From Erysipelothrix inopinata (lineage in GTDB: Bacteria; Bacillota_I; Bacilli_A; Erysipelotrichales; Erysipelotrichaceae): DNA of 32,000 bases. How positions within the stretch are numbered: position 1 is the stretch's first letter; each line of letters starts with the position of its first letter. Shown here piece after piece: positions 1-8,841 of this stretch. The position numbers were made by a program, and so were the translations under genes. A model generated the notes under the pieces. That model ran no database searches. It worked only from the letters and a program-made list of their open reading frames with translations, and was not told the origin of the DNA. Location of the stretch: positions 1,290,001 to 1,322,000 of the forward strand of contig NZ_CP060715.1 of NCBI RefSeq assembly GCF_014396165.1. Direction: 5' to 3'.

Positions 1-1198
1 GGGAACGTCTTCGAACCATTCGAAAACATGTAAAGAATACTAAATTACAAATGCTTTTAAGAGGTCAAAATCTCTTGGGATACAAACATTATTCAGATGA
101 TGTGGTAGATGCATTTATTCAAAAATCGATAGAAAATGGGATTGATGTTATTCGATGCTTTGATGCATTGAATGATTTACGAAATCTTAAACAATCGGTT
201 GATTCAATTAATAAATATGGTGGTCATGCACAAATGACTATTTGCTATACCATTAGTGATATTCATACAGATGAATACTATGTCGAATTGGTTAAAGAAA
301 TGGAAAAAATGGGAGCTCATTCTATTTGTGTTAAGGATATGGCGGGTATTTTAACACCGGCACGTGCCTCAACACTTATTAAAGCACTCAAGGAAGTTAC
401 AAAATTACCAATTCATGTGCATACTCATGCTACCAGTGGGATTGCTGAGATGACATACCTCAAGGCTGTCGAAGCAGGGGCGGATGTTATTGATACTGCT
501 AACTCATCGTTTGCGGGAGGAACAAGTCAACCGTCAACGGAAGCAATGGTTATTGTGCTTAGAGAACTTGGATACCAAGTTGATGTAAGTCTTGAAGATT
601 GCCAAGAAGTATCGGAATACTTCAAAGGCGTGAAAGAAAGCTTTATTGAAAGTGGCGTCTTTAATCCAAAAGTTCTTGAAACAGATCCTAATACGCTCAT
701 TTATCAAGTTCCTGGGGAATGATTTCAAATCTGTTATCACAACTGAAAGATGCGAAACAGCTTGATAAGTTCGAACAAGTACTTGCTGAAGTGCCTAAAG
801 TTCGAGAAGAGATGGGATATCCACCTCTTGTAACGCCACTATCACAGATGGTTGGAACACAAGCTGTTATGAATGTTTTAAGTGGTGAACGTTATAAATT
901 GATTCCAAATGAGATCAAAGACTATGTAAAAGGATATTATGGAAAATCACCCGGACCTATTTCAGAAGAAGTTCGTCAAAAAGTGATTGGAAATGACACG
1001 GATGTAATTACAGTCCGTCCAGCCGATCTTTTAAAACCATCTCTTGAACAATTTGAAATTGAATCAAAAGCATTCGCAACAAGCATGGAAGATGTATTAT
1101 CCTATGCATTATTCCCTCAAATTGCGACGCCTTTCTTGAAGAAGAAAAAAGATCCGTTCTACGATATACCTGAACAAAATGTCACCATTATTATTTAA
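1..1198 (+). pseudogene. Carboxyltransferase subunit (oxaloacetate decarboxylase alpha / pyruvate carboxylase subunit B / transcarboxylase 5S type). It is 5'-truncated by the window edge and split by a 1-nt frameshift near 714-722.
   Basis: The frame is open from nt 3 (ERLRTIRKHVKNTKLQMLLRGQNLLGY...), so the gene starts upstream of the window. ORF 51..722 ends ...LIYQVPGE*, and ORF 719..1198 continues MISNLLSQLK...PLVTPLSQMVGTQAVMNVL. Family members read through this point as ...QVPGGM(L/I)(S/T)NL..., so the two ORFs are one gene that lacks one G in the GGGG run at 714-717. No C-terminal biotinyl domain follows; the protein ends ...DIPEQNVTIII. Confidence 0.75.
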
Positions 1199-1213
1199 TT
1201 GATAAACATAAGT

Positions 1214-1256
1214 AAAAAAAGGATTGTTTCCACAATTTGCGGATTCAATCCTTTTT
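1214..1256. terminator. Bidirectional intrinsic terminator between the convergent carboxyltransferase and histidine kinase genes
   Basis: A-run, then GGATTG (1221-1226) ... CAATCC (1246-1251), then T-run. The stem can extend to AAAGGATTG/CAATCCTTT. The loop is rather long (about 19 nt). Confidence 0.5.
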
Positions 1257-1299
1257 ATTATCTTTGCAAAGATATATTTATTATATGTGATACACCATC

Positions 1300-2667
1300 C
1301 TAAATGGGGATTCGTATCCAAAAGGTGGTACCGTGAGGATCACTGGACTTTACCCCATATTCAAATTTATGAAGGTCTAAAATATTCTTGACGATTGATA
1401 AACCAAGACCACTACCATATTGATCTCTTTGATGATCGTTGTTGCTTTGGTAATAGCGATGCCAAATTGATTCAAACTCAGATTCTGGAATCCCTTCACC
1501 ATAATCAATCACTTCTAATTGTATAAAGTTTGCTTTCGACTTCGCTTTAATACATAAATTACTATCAGTGTGGATAAGAGCATTATTCATGAGGTTATAG
1601 AGGACTTGTTCAAATTTGGATTCATCAACACTGACGATAATTTCGTCTGGAATATTCAATTCAATGAGTCGATTCGGATAGGTTTGTTGGAGTCTGCTCG
1701 TAATTGAAGCAATTTGTTGTGAAAGATTAATTTTTTGGATATCGAGTTGCATCATCCCGGATTGAATTTTTGATAAATCGAGCATATCTTCGACGAGTTT
1801 ACTGAGTTTGTGGGTTTCTTTAATAATAATCTGAAGGTTATTTTCGGTCATTTCATCGGGAAGATCTTTCATCATTTCGGCATAACCTCCAATCATTGTC
1901 AGAGGAGTCTTTAAATCATGACCAACATTAGCAAGCAGTTCATTTCGTAATTTTTCAATATTACTAAGTTCGATTCTCATTTTATTAAGGGTATCACTTA
2001 ATTCTTCAATCTCGGTATAACCTTTTCCTTGGAACGGTTCAATATAATTCCCGTTAGCCAATACTTTAGCACCATCGTTAATTTCGATAATGGGTTTGGA
2101 TATTTTTTTATAGAGATATTTTGTGAGAAGATAAGAAATGAAGATAAGAATAACACTTACGAGTACAAGTTGTACCTTTATGGTATTGATTGTAGCGTTC
2201 ACAGGGACGACTTGCGTTTGGACTAGAACCATACTGCTATCATCCAGTTTGAGCGCGTAGGTGATGTCTGAGGCGCTTCGAGTAGCATTGGAATAGTCGA
2301 AACTAATTGACTTACCAGAACTTCCAAGTTGATTGAAAATATATTGGAGTTCAAAAGAAGAGAAAACTGGATTTTTAAGTGAAACTCCAAAAGAAGAATC
2401 ATCAATAATATTTCCGTTAGCATCAGCAATCAATACATATGTTTCGCGATTAATCGTAACGGGATTTTTTCGTGAAGGATTATTGTACTGTTCTTTGACA
2501 GTATAAGCTAATTTTTCTACTTCTCTGGTCTTAATATTTCGATAGAAAGGTTCTAAAAGTACGACCTGAAATACCCATAAAATTATGAGTAGTGAAACAC
2601 TGAAGAGAATCAGTGAATTTTGAATTTTCCATTTAATGCTCTTTGGGTTCAAAACGGTACCCCACAC
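1300..2667 (-). CDS. Sensor histidine kinase (two N-terminal TM segments, HisKA plus HATPase_c)
   Basis: H-box VGHDLKTPLTMIGGYAEMM, N-box NLMNNALIHT, G-boxes DYGEGI and GSGLGLSIV. The annotated start is a GTG overlapping the response regulator gene by 35 nt, so the exact start is uncertain. Confidence 0.85.
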   Translation of the reverse strand: MWGTVLNPKSIKWKIQNSLILFSVSLLIILWVFQVVLLEPFYRNIKTREVEKLAYTVKEQYNNPSRKNPVTINRETYVLIADANGNIIDDSSFGVSLKNPVFSSFELQYIFNQLGSSGKSISFDYSNATRSASDITYALKLDDSSMVLVQTQVVPVNATINTIKVQLVLVSVILIFISYLLTKYLYKKISKPIIEINDGAKVLANGNYIEPFQGKGYTEIEELSDTLNKMRIELSNIEKLRNELLANVGHDLKTPLTMIGGYAEMMKDLPDEMTENNLQIIIKETHKLSKLVEDMLDLSKIQSGMMQLDIQKINLSQQIASITSRLQQTYPNRLIELNIPDEIIVSVDESKFEQVLYNLMNNALIHTDSNLCIKAKSKANFIQLEVIDYGEGIPESEFESIWHRYYQSNNDHQRDQYGSGLGLSIVKNILDLHKFEYGVKSSDPHGTTFWIRIPI

Positions 2668-3307
2668 TTCTAACAGTTACAATCCATGAACTGTATTGTT
2701 TCAATTTTCTTCGTAGTCTTTTTATATGTGTATCAAGCGTTCGATCATCACCATCAAAGTCGTATCCCCAGACATGATTCAAAATCTGTTCACGTTGTAA
2801 TACAATTCCTCTGTTTTCAACAAAGAGGAGTAATAATTCGTATTCTTTAGGGGTAAGTTCCACAGGTTCATCATTGATAGTAACAGTATGTGCTTGTTTA
2901 TTAATACATAGTTGTTGCCATTTATATTGAGTAAGGGTACTTTCATTTAAGGATCTTTTCAAGACAGCTTGGATTCGATACATCAATTCTTTGGGTGAGA
3001 ATGGTTTTGTGACATAATCATCAACACCCAAATCAAAACCTTGATACTTATCTTGGTTTTGTGTTTTTGCAGTTAACATAATAATAGGAGTATCAAATTC
3101 TTTTCGAATAGCCCGACAGGTTTCAAATCCATTAAGACCATCCATCATCACATCTAAAATAATTAAGTCATAAGTAAAAGAACGAACTTTATCAATGGCT
3201 TCTAAACCATTGGAAGCTTCATCAACAAAGTAGCCTTCGAACTCAGCATATTTTCTGATCAGATTTCTAATATCTGCTTCGTCATCAACAATTAGTATAT
3301 TCTTCAT
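2633..3307 (-). CDS. OmpR/PhoB-family response regulator (receiver plus winged-helix Trans_reg_C)
   Basis: MKNILIVDDEADIRNL...LIILDVMMDGLNGFE...MLTAK receiver motifs. C-terminal ...LTPKEYELLLLF...RTLDTHIKRLRRKL...VRSVGYRF. RBS GGGAGGTGA lies upstream of the ATG. Confidence 0.9.
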   Translation of the reverse strand: MKNILIVDDEADIRNLIRKYAEFEGYFVDEASNGLEAIDKVRSFTYDLIILDVMMDGLNGFETCRAIRKEFDTPIIMLTAKTQNQDKYQGFDLGVDDYVTKPFSPKELMYRIQAVLKRSLNESTLTQYKWQQLCINKQAHTVTINDEPVELTPKEYELLLLFVENRGIVLQREQILNHVWGYDFDGDDRTLDTHIKRLRRKLKQYSSWIVTVRSVGYRFEPKEH

Positions 3308-3392
3308 GATATCACCTCCCTTATTTAATCATGGCAATGTGGCATTTGTGTGACATTAACATTATATAATTAATCTAGAAATACATAAATAT

Positions 3393-3424
3393 AAAAAAAT
3401 CTAATCTAGAGAACTAGATTAGAT
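3393..3424 (-). terminator. Intrinsic terminator of the tRNA-Ile/tRNA-Ala unit
   Basis: Perfect 11-bp stem ATCTAATCTAG (3399-3409) / CTAGATTAGAT (3414-3424) with a 4-nt loop. The A-run at 3393-3399 gives a U-run on the minus-strand transcript. Confidence 0.75.
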
Positions 3425-3437
3425 GTTATTTATAATA

Positions 3438-3513
3438 TGGTGGAGCTTATCGGGATCGAACCGATGACCTCCTGCGTGCAAGGCAGGCGCTCTCCCAGCT
3501 GAGCTAAAACCCC
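3438..3513 (-). tRNA. tRNA-Ala (anticodon UGC), encoded CCA
   Basis: The reverse complement reads GGGGTTTTAGCTCAGCTGGGAGAGCGCCTGCCTTGCACGCAGGAGGTCATCGGTTCGATCCCGATAAGCTCCACCA. It folds as a cloverleaf with anticodon loop CUUGCAC and carries the G3:U70 alanine identity pair. Confidence 0.95.
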
Positions 3514-3549
3514 ATATTAATCATGTTAATTATATACTTAAAGTATATA

Positions 3550-3626
<77 letters not shown>

Positions 3627-3645
3627 ATAACATGACTGCTTTAAT

Positions 3646-3674
3646 AATATATCACTATGCCTAAAAGAAGTCAA
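3646..3674 (-). promoter_or_regulatory. Sigma-A-type promoter for the tRNA-Ile/tRNA-Ala unit
   Basis: On the minus strand: TTGACT (3669-3674), 17-nt spacer, TATATT (3646-3651), about 20 nt upstream of the tRNA-Ile 5' end. Confidence 0.5.
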
Positions 3675-3748
3675 CATGAAAAACGAGTAAAATGTAATTT
3701 TATAATAAATGCCCTATTGATGTATAATAAATGAAAGGAGTGATACGC

Positions 3749-4186
3749 ATGATTCAACAAATTAATGTCCATGAATATGATCTCAACCGCCTTCTTGATA
3801 TTTGGGAAGCATCAATTTTAGCAACGCATAATTTTATTAACAGAGACGCTATTGATGAAATGAAACCATCAGTAATTACAGCATTCGCAGCGATGGATAC
3901 CGTTCTGATTTATGAAGACCATGAATCAGTTGCTGGCTTTATGGGAATTAAGGATCATAAGATAGAAATGTTATTCTTAGATCCAGTCTATCGTAAAAGT
4001 GGTATTGGTAAACAGTTAATCGAAGAGGCACTTCAAACCTATAAAATTAAGTATGTCGACGTCAATGAACAAAATCTACAAGCCGTAGGTTTTTATAAAC
4101 ATCTGGGATTTAAGGTTATCTCTCGATCAGAAACTGATGATGAAGGAAGGAATTATCCTATACTTCATATGGAACACGAATTGTAA
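3749..4186 (+). CDS. GNAT-family N-acetyltransferase (YjaB-like)
   Basis: Acetyl-CoA binding motif region ...LFLDPVYRKSGIGKQLIEEAL...NLQAVGFYKHLGFKV. The ATG at 3749 follows RBS AAAGGAG (3733-3739). The ATG at 3731 in the ORF track lies immediately upstream of this RBS, so it has no RBS of its own. Confidence 0.8.
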   Translation: MIQQINVHEYDLNRLLDIWEASILATHNFINRDAIDEMKPSVITAFAAMDTVLIYEDHESVAGFMGIKDHKIEMLFLDPVYRKSGIGKQLIEEALQTYKIKYVDVNEQNLQAVGFYKHLGFKVISRSETDDEGRNYPILHMEHEL

Positions 4187-4441
4187 TGATATTGTAATGT
4201 TTATATTAACTTTTGTTAACAAAACTCCTATTCTTCCAATGTTATGATGGATTTGGTCGAATATGATGGAGATTTAAATGTCAATATTAGTTGTGATTAG
4301 GGAATACAATTTAAATATTAATGCAAGACATTAAAAGAAAATACTCAGAGTGGTGACGGATGTCGACCGCTCTTTTGTGTATTCAAAAGCTCCTTACTAT
4401 ATTTATGGATTCATTTGAAGAGAAAATCTATGGAGGGAATT

Positions 4442-6106
4442 ATGATTTTTTTAACAAATACACCACAACTCGGTGATATACAGTTTAATGTAATCTTAGG
4501 TGGTTTTGGTTTATTCTTATTGGGGATTAAGTTTTTAGGGGATGGATTTAAAGATGCAGCGGGTCCGAAAATTCGGGACTATATTGAACGCTACACGGGT
4601 AATTTGCTTTCCGCAATTTTAGTGGGAACCGTAATTACTGCACTGATGCAATCAAGTACGGCAGCTACTGTTATTTCAATCAGTTTGGTTCGTGCTGGAT
4701 TGATGCGTTTGGATCAAGCGATTGGTATCTCTGTAGGCGCTAACTTGGGGACTACGGTTACCGCATTAATGATTGGTCTCAATATTGAAGACATGGGTTA
4801 CTATTTTGTATTTATAGGTGCTCTCATGTTGATGTTTTTACAACGTAAGAAGTATAAGAATTATGGTCAAATCATCTTTGGACTCGGAATTACTTTCGTA
4901 GGTCTTCAATTAATGAGTGATCAATTAATTATTCTTCAAGATTTACCACAATTTGAAGCATTCCTATTAAAAATGTCAGACAATCCTTGGCTTGCATTAC
5001 TAGCAGGAACTGTGGCTACAGCGGTCATTAATTCATCGATGGCAGTTATTGCATTAGTCCAAAAGATATATGCAGGTGGGAACATGACCATGGTAGCGGC
5101 ATCGGCTTTCGTCTTTGGATCTAACGTTGGAACGACATTGACTGCAGTCTTAGCTTCGGTGGGGGGTTCCGTGTCGACACGTCGTGCTGGGTGGTTCCAT
5201 GCGCTCTACAACATCATTGGTGCACTGATTACGATGATTGTGATTCAACCTTATTCTGAGATGATACTGAAAATCCATGAAATTGTGGGCGGATCACCAG
5301 AAATGGCGGTCGGAATCAACCACTTCGTGTTCAATCTCATATGGGTAGTTGGAATTATTCCATTTATTCCTGCATGTATTCGTCTGTTAGAGATACTGAT
5401 ACCTGGTGAAGATCGCATTAAAGAACGTGAAAAAATTGAACCGCTTGATTATGGACTGGTTACAACCTTCCCAGAAGGAGCATTACAATTAGCTCAAAAA
5501 CAAACTTCCCAAATGGCTGATCTTGTTATGGAGTCACTAAATACAACGCGTGATTACTTACATTCACGTGATGTTGAGGATTATGATGTGGTTATGCAAC
5601 TTGAAGAAATGGTGAATGAGATGGATAGCAATCTCACACGATACTTACTCGCTATTGCGAAACAAAATAATGACCAAGGTATTAAGGCCGAGACCTATGT
5701 TGCAAACGTTGAAATAGTAAAAAATATTGAACGTATTGGAGACATCACAACAAATATTGCGGAATTCTACAGTCGCATTTTTGAAAATAGAGAATCATTC
5801 TCAGAAGAAGCATTACAAGATTTAGATCTCATGTATAAACACTTAATAAGCATGCTTGAGAGAAGTTTCGAAGTCTTTAAAGATGAAAATCTTGAAGGCT
5901 TAGAAACACTCTTGAAAGATGAAGAATATCTTGACGCAATTGATATTAAATATCGTGAAAAACATTTTAGAAGAATGTCAGACGATGTTTGTGATGGGAA
6001 AATTACATCAAGTCTCTTCGTAGATATTTTGTCATCCCTCGAACGAATGGGTGATCATGGTATCAATGTTGTGAAGTATGTTAAATCGAAAAAGGAAGCA
6101 GTCTAA
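4442..6106 (+). CDS. Na+/phosphate cotransporter family protein (NptA-type membrane domain plus C-terminal PhoU-like domain)
   Basis: Duplicated Na_Pi_cotrans motifs (...LMQSSTAATVISISLV..., ...VINSSMAVIALV...) and C-terminal PhoU-like repeats (...IERIGDITTNIAEF..., ...LERMGDHGINVVKY). The start at ATG 4442 follows GGAGGG (4432-4437). Upstream in-frame starts (TTG 4415, ATG 4430) are possible. Confidence 0.85.
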   Translation: MIFLTNTPQLGDIQFNVILGGFGLFLLGIKFLGDGFKDAAGPKIRDYIERYTGNLLSAILVGTVITALMQSSTAATVISISLVRAGLMRLDQAIGISVGANLGTTVTALMIGLNIEDMGYYFVFIGALMLMFLQRKKYKNYGQIIFGLGITFVGLQLMSDQLIILQDLPQFEAFLLKMSDNPWLALLAGTVATAVINSSMAVIALVQKIYAGGNMTMVAASAFVFGSNVGTTLTAVLASVGGSVSTRRAGWFHALYNIIGALITMIVIQPYSEMILKIHEIVGGSPEMAVGINHFVFNLIWVVGIIPFIPACIRLLEILIPGEDRIKEREKIEPLDYGLVTTFPEGALQLAQKQTSQMADLVMESLNTTRDYLHSRDVEDYDVVMQLEEMVNEMDSNLTRYLLAIAKQNNDQGIKAETYVANVEIVKNIERIGDITTNIAEFYSRIFENRESFSEEALQDLDLMYKHLISMLERSFEVFKDENLEGLETLLKDEEYLDAIDIKYREKHFRRMSDDVCDGKITSSLFVDILSSLERMGDHGINVVKYVKSKKEAV

Positions 6107-6124
6107 TAAGATTGCTTCCTTTTT
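6089..6124 (+). terminator. Intrinsic terminator overlapping the stop codon of the Na/Pi cotransporter gene
   Basis: AAGGAAGCA (6092-6100) / TGCTTCCTT (6113-6121) stem followed by a T-run. Confidence 0.7.
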
Positions 6125-6179
6125 ACTTGAATTAAGATGAGGTTCTCGGTTAAAATGGGCATAATAAAGGAGAATGAAG

Positions 6180-6671
6180 ATGACAAAGAAAATATATTTT
6201 GCAAGCCCATTATTTTCAAATATGGAATTTGAATACAATGCTCGAGTGGTAGCGAAGATTCGCGAACACTATCCAAGTTTGGATGTTTATCTACCTCAGG
6301 AACAAGGGGATATCAATGATAAAAATTCTTATGCTGATTCAACCATGATTGCGAAGGCGGACACGGATGCATTGTTGAGTTCAGATTTACTCATTGCAGT
6401 ACTTGATGGTATCTCTATTGATGCAGGTGTTGCGTCGGAAATTGGTGTTGCTTATCAAGCAGGTTTACCAATTCTTGGATTGTACACCGATTCGCGTCAA
6501 CAAGGATCTAATAACAAACAAAAATTAGAAGCAATTGGAAATCTTGGTGAATCGCAATTCTCATATGTTAATCTTTACACTGTTGGATTATGTAAACTTG
6601 CGGGTGAACTCGTAGATAACGAAGCAACCATGATTGAAAAAATAGGTGAAGTTCTCGAATTAAATTCATAA
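6180..6671 (+). CDS. Nucleoside 2-deoxyribosyltransferase family protein
   Basis: N-terminus MTKKIYFASPLFS... and ...DGISIDAGVASEIGVAY... are typical of the family. The ATG at 6180 is 7 nt after AAGGAG (6167-6172). Confidence 0.75.
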   Translation: MTKKIYFASPLFSNMEFEYNARVVAKIREHYPSLDVYLPQEQGDINDKNSYADSTMIAKADTDALLSSDLLIAVLDGISIDAGVASEIGVAYQAGLPILGLYTDSRQQGSNNKQKLEAIGNLGESQFSYVNLYTVGLCKLAGELVDNEATMIEKIGEVLELNS

Positions 6672-6762
6672 TTTAATAAAGAGGTGAGAGAATATCTCGC
6701 TTTTTTTATTATAGATAAGAAAAACTATTTCATGTACAATGAGACTATAAGGATGTGATGTT

Positions 6763-7179
6763 ATGAAAGAACACATATTAAAATTAATGCCAGGAGACGA
6801 CTTCTTAGCGGCTCTTGATAACTATTGCAAGAAGTTTGATATCAGTGCTGCATACATAGGAACATGCGTCGGTAGTTTGTCGAAAGTGATGTTGCGTAAA
6901 GGATATGATAAGTCATTATTAAAGCTTGATGGTCCTTACGAAATTGTCTCATGTGTGGGTACGTTATCCAAAACAGGAATGCATATTCATGGATCTGTGA
7001 GTGATCGTGAGTTTCGCGTTTATGGTGGACACTTTATTGGTGGATGTACCATTCAATCCACATGTGAAGTTGTGATTATTGAACTTGAGAATCATGAACT
7101 AACCCGTTCTAAAGGAGAAATGTCGGGCTATAAAGAACTTGTTATTTCTTCAGTGCAAAAAAGTTGCAACGAAAATTAG
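6763..7179 (+). CDS. PPC (DUF296) domain-containing protein
   Basis: The pattern ...GSLSKVMLR...YEIVSCVGTLSKTGMHIHGSVSD...GGHFIGGCTIQSTCEVVIIEL matches the PPC/DUF296 fold family from memory. Confidence 0.65.
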   Translation: MKEHILKLMPGDDFLAALDNYCKKFDISAAYIGTCVGSLSKVMLRKGYDKSLLKLDGPYEIVSCVGTLSKTGMHIHGSVSDREFRVYGGHFIGGCTIQSTCEVVIIELENHELTRSKGEMSGYKELVISSVQKSCNEN

Positions 7180-7192
7180 TGAGGAAGTTGAA

Positions 7193-7675
7193 ATGGATAT
7201 TAAATTAGTACCAATTACTGATGATAATGTTTGGGACGTCTATAAAATGTCAGTAGCGAAGCATCAAGAGGATTTTGTAGCCCCCAATGATCAAAGCCTG
7301 ATTGAAGCGTATGTCACGTTATTAAAAGGTGATAATGTCCATACATTTGCTATTAATCAAGGGGATACACCTGTGGGATTCGTGATGTTAGGATATGGAG
7401 CTCAAGAAGGCGACCCTGAAATAGCGAAGGATAATTACTTGATTTGGCGATTTATGATTGATCATGAATATCAAGGTAAAGGTTATGGCAAACAAGCGCT
7501 ACATGAAATCATTAAGTTCATCAAAAGTTTCCCAAATGGGGAAGCAAAAGCATGCTGGCTTTCATATGAACCTGAAAACATATTTGCTAAGAAATTTTAT
7601 GCTTCGTTTGGATTTAAAGAAACTGGAGAAATTTGCGATGATGAACTTGTCGCAGTTTTGTCCTTGAATTCTTAA
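7193..7675 (+). CDS. GNAT-family N-acetyltransferase (diamine/spermidine acetyltransferase-like)
   Basis: ...RFMIDHEYQGKGYGKQALHEII...FAKKFYASFGFKETGE. The ATG at 7193 follows RBS GAGGAAG. The longer ORF from 7139 overlaps the preceding gene. Confidence 0.8.
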   Translation: MDIKLVPITDDNVWDVYKMSVAKHQEDFVAPNDQSLIEAYVTLLKGDNVHTFAINQGDTPVGFVMLGYGAQEGDPEIAKDNYLIWRFMIDHEYQGKGYGKQALHEIIKFIKSFPNGEAKACWLSYEPENIFAKKFYASFGFKETGEICDDELVAVLSLNS

Positions 7676-7682
7676 AATAACC

Positions 7683-7711
7683 TTGATTTGTATTCCAATG
7701 TTTTGTACAAT
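7683..7711 (+). promoter_or_regulatory. Sigma-A-type promoter for tRNA-Thr
   Basis: TTGATT (7683-7688), 17 nt, TACAAT (7706-7711), 8 nt upstream of the tRNA 5' end. Confidence 0.5.
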
Positions 7712-7719
7712 TGGAATGC

Positions 7720-7795
7720 GCCGACTTAGCTCAATTGGTAGAGCAACTGAATCGTAATCAGTAGGTTGGGGGTTCAAGTCCTCTAGTCGGCACCA
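7720..7795 (+). tRNA. tRNA-Thr (anticodon CGU), encoded CCA
   Basis: GCCGACTTAGCTCAATTGGTAGAGCAACTGAATCGTAATCAGTAGGTTGGGGGTTCAAGTCCTCTAGTCGGCACCA, with anticodon loop AUCGUAA. Confidence 0.93.
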
Positions 7796-7805
7796 TCATA
7801 AAATT

Positions 7806-7831
7806 AAAACACCGAATTTATCGGTGTTTTT
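7806..7831. terminator. Bidirectional intrinsic terminator shared by tRNA-Thr (+) and the SPFH gene (-)
   Basis: AAAACACCGA (7806-7815), loop ATTTA, TCGGTGTTTT (7821-7830). A/T runs on both sides. Confidence 0.8.
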
Positions 7832-7856
7832 ATATTTTATGATTGATGATGTAATA

Positions 7857-8831
7857 TTAAGCAAGTAGTCTCGCTTTTACTTTGTCAAATTCTTCTTTGG
7901 TGATAACATCTTCATCGAGTAATTTCTTGTATTTAAGAAGTTCTTCGACAGTATCAACCTCTGGTTTCTGAGGTTGGTTTTGAGGCTGACTTTGATTGAT
8001 AGTGTTCGCAATTTGATTTCCAAATGCTGCACTAGCACCTAAACCAGCAAGACCGCCTTCTTGATTTGATGCATCACGCATCGCTCTAACGGATTGATAT
8101 TGTGTAAAGGTAGCCATATCTTTTGAAGCCAAGCCAATACCTGATTGTTCATCAATAAGTTTTTCAACTTCCTCGGGAAGCGAAATATTTTCAACGTTGA
8201 CATTCACAAACTCTAAACCTAAGTTTTGACATTCAAGGTTAACTTTATCTCTTACTGATTGGCCAATAGCTTTATATTTTGCACCTAAATCCAAAGCTGG
8301 AATCTGAAGTTCTGCGATAGATTCAGCAAATGCTGAAGAAACCATGGAACCTAAATAGGTGATGATATCCCAAGTTAAGGTTAGTTTTTGGGATCCAAAT
8401 ATTTCTTTCATGAATTTTTCTACATCGTTGATTCTAAAACTGAACATTCCAAATGCTCTCAGTCTAAGAACACCGAAATCACTATCACGCATCATAATCG
8501 GATTTTTAGTGGACCACTTATTATTAACTAATTGGTTTGTACTAACAAAATAAAAGTCACTCTTAATGGGAGAGTTAAAATTATGAGGGAACGCCATAAG
8601 AGACGATAGTACTGGAAGGTTTCCCGTATCAAGTGTATGCGTTCCAGGAGGCAAGATATCTGCTAGCTTTCCACCTGTCACAAACACACCATATTGGCCT
8701 TCTCTTACAATAGCCTTAGCACCCTGTTTGATTTCATTACTTTCTCGATCTGTGAATTTTTTTACTAAAATTAAATCACTTTCATCCACATACTCAATAA
8801 CATCAAAAAATTGATCTTTTATCCAAGCCAT
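7857..8831 (-). CDS. SPFH/Band-7 superfamily protein of the COG4260 (YdjI / 'virion core protein'-like) type with a C-terminal SHOCT domain
   Basis: N-terminus MAWIKDQFFDVIEYVDESDLILVKKF...IVREGQYGVFVTGGK and a central SPFH-like region. A Q/N/G-rich linker follows, then C-terminal ...VEELLKYKKLLDEDVITKEEFDKVKARLL (SHOCT signature). RBS AGGAGGTG. Confidence 0.75.
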   Translation of the reverse strand: MAWIKDQFFDVIEYVDESDLILVKKFTDRESNEIKQGAKAIVREGQYGVFVTGGKLADILPPGTHTLDTGNLPVLSSLMAFPHNFNSPIKSDFYFVSTNQLVNNKWSTKNPIMMRDSDFGVLRLRAFGMFSFRINDVEKFMKEIFGSQKLTLTWDIITYLGSMVSSAFAESIAELQIPALDLGAKYKAIGQSVRDKVNLECQNLGLEFVNVNVENISLPEEVEKLIDEQSGIGLASKDMATFTQYQSVRAMRDASNQEGGLAGLGASAAFGNQIANTINQSQPQNQPQKPEVDTVEELLKYKKLLDEDVITKEEFDKVKARLLA

Positions 8832-8841
8832 AATGCACCTC

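Noticed and set aside
534-740. Antisense or overlapping ORFs of 60-95 aa in the six-frame track: 534..740, 1109..1321, 2029..2226, 2223..2429, 6032..6238, 7458..7667, 8359..8553, 9000..9242, 16510..16797, 18187..18441, 18513..18722, 19131..19415, 19601..19807, 21203..21418, 21369..21554, 22062..22286, 22247..22474, 22646..22897, 22807..22995, 26903..27103, 26934..27137 and 31271..31510.
   Set aside because: Each lies inside, or opposite, a longer ORF with clear family motifs. They have low-complexity or odd composition, no RBS, and no recognisable domains. They are typical shadow ORFs of AT-rich DNA.
2633-2667. The 35-nt overlap between the response regulator and histidine kinase genes as a possible programmed feature
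   Set aside because: It is most likely just an over-extended GTG start call for the kinase; an in-frame TTG a few codons downstream is an alternative. Overlapping RR/HK junctions are common and not informative.
1300-3307. The possibility that the two-component system is PhoPR controlling the nearby Na/Pi transporter
   Set aside because: The kinase is a generic 455-aa HisKA/HATPase protein with no recognisable PAS region typical of PhoR. The genes are separated from the transporter by two tRNAs and a GNAT gene and lie on the opposite strand. There is no sequence evidence for the link.
7692-7717. Perfect 8-bp inverted repeat ATTCCAAT...ATTGGAAT overlapping the tRNA-Thr promoter -10 and start site
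   Set aside because: It is short and AT-rich, with a 10-nt spacer, and could easily arise by chance. No second copy occurs elsewhere in the window, so it is not strong enough to call an operator.
7562-7777. A 71-aa minus-strand ORF spanning the GNAT 3' end and tRNA-Thr
   Set aside because: It overlaps a well-formed tRNA-Thr(CGU) gene and its promoter. Its translation (…TDYDSVALPIELSRR…) is the typical artefact of reading a tRNA gene on the reverse strand.
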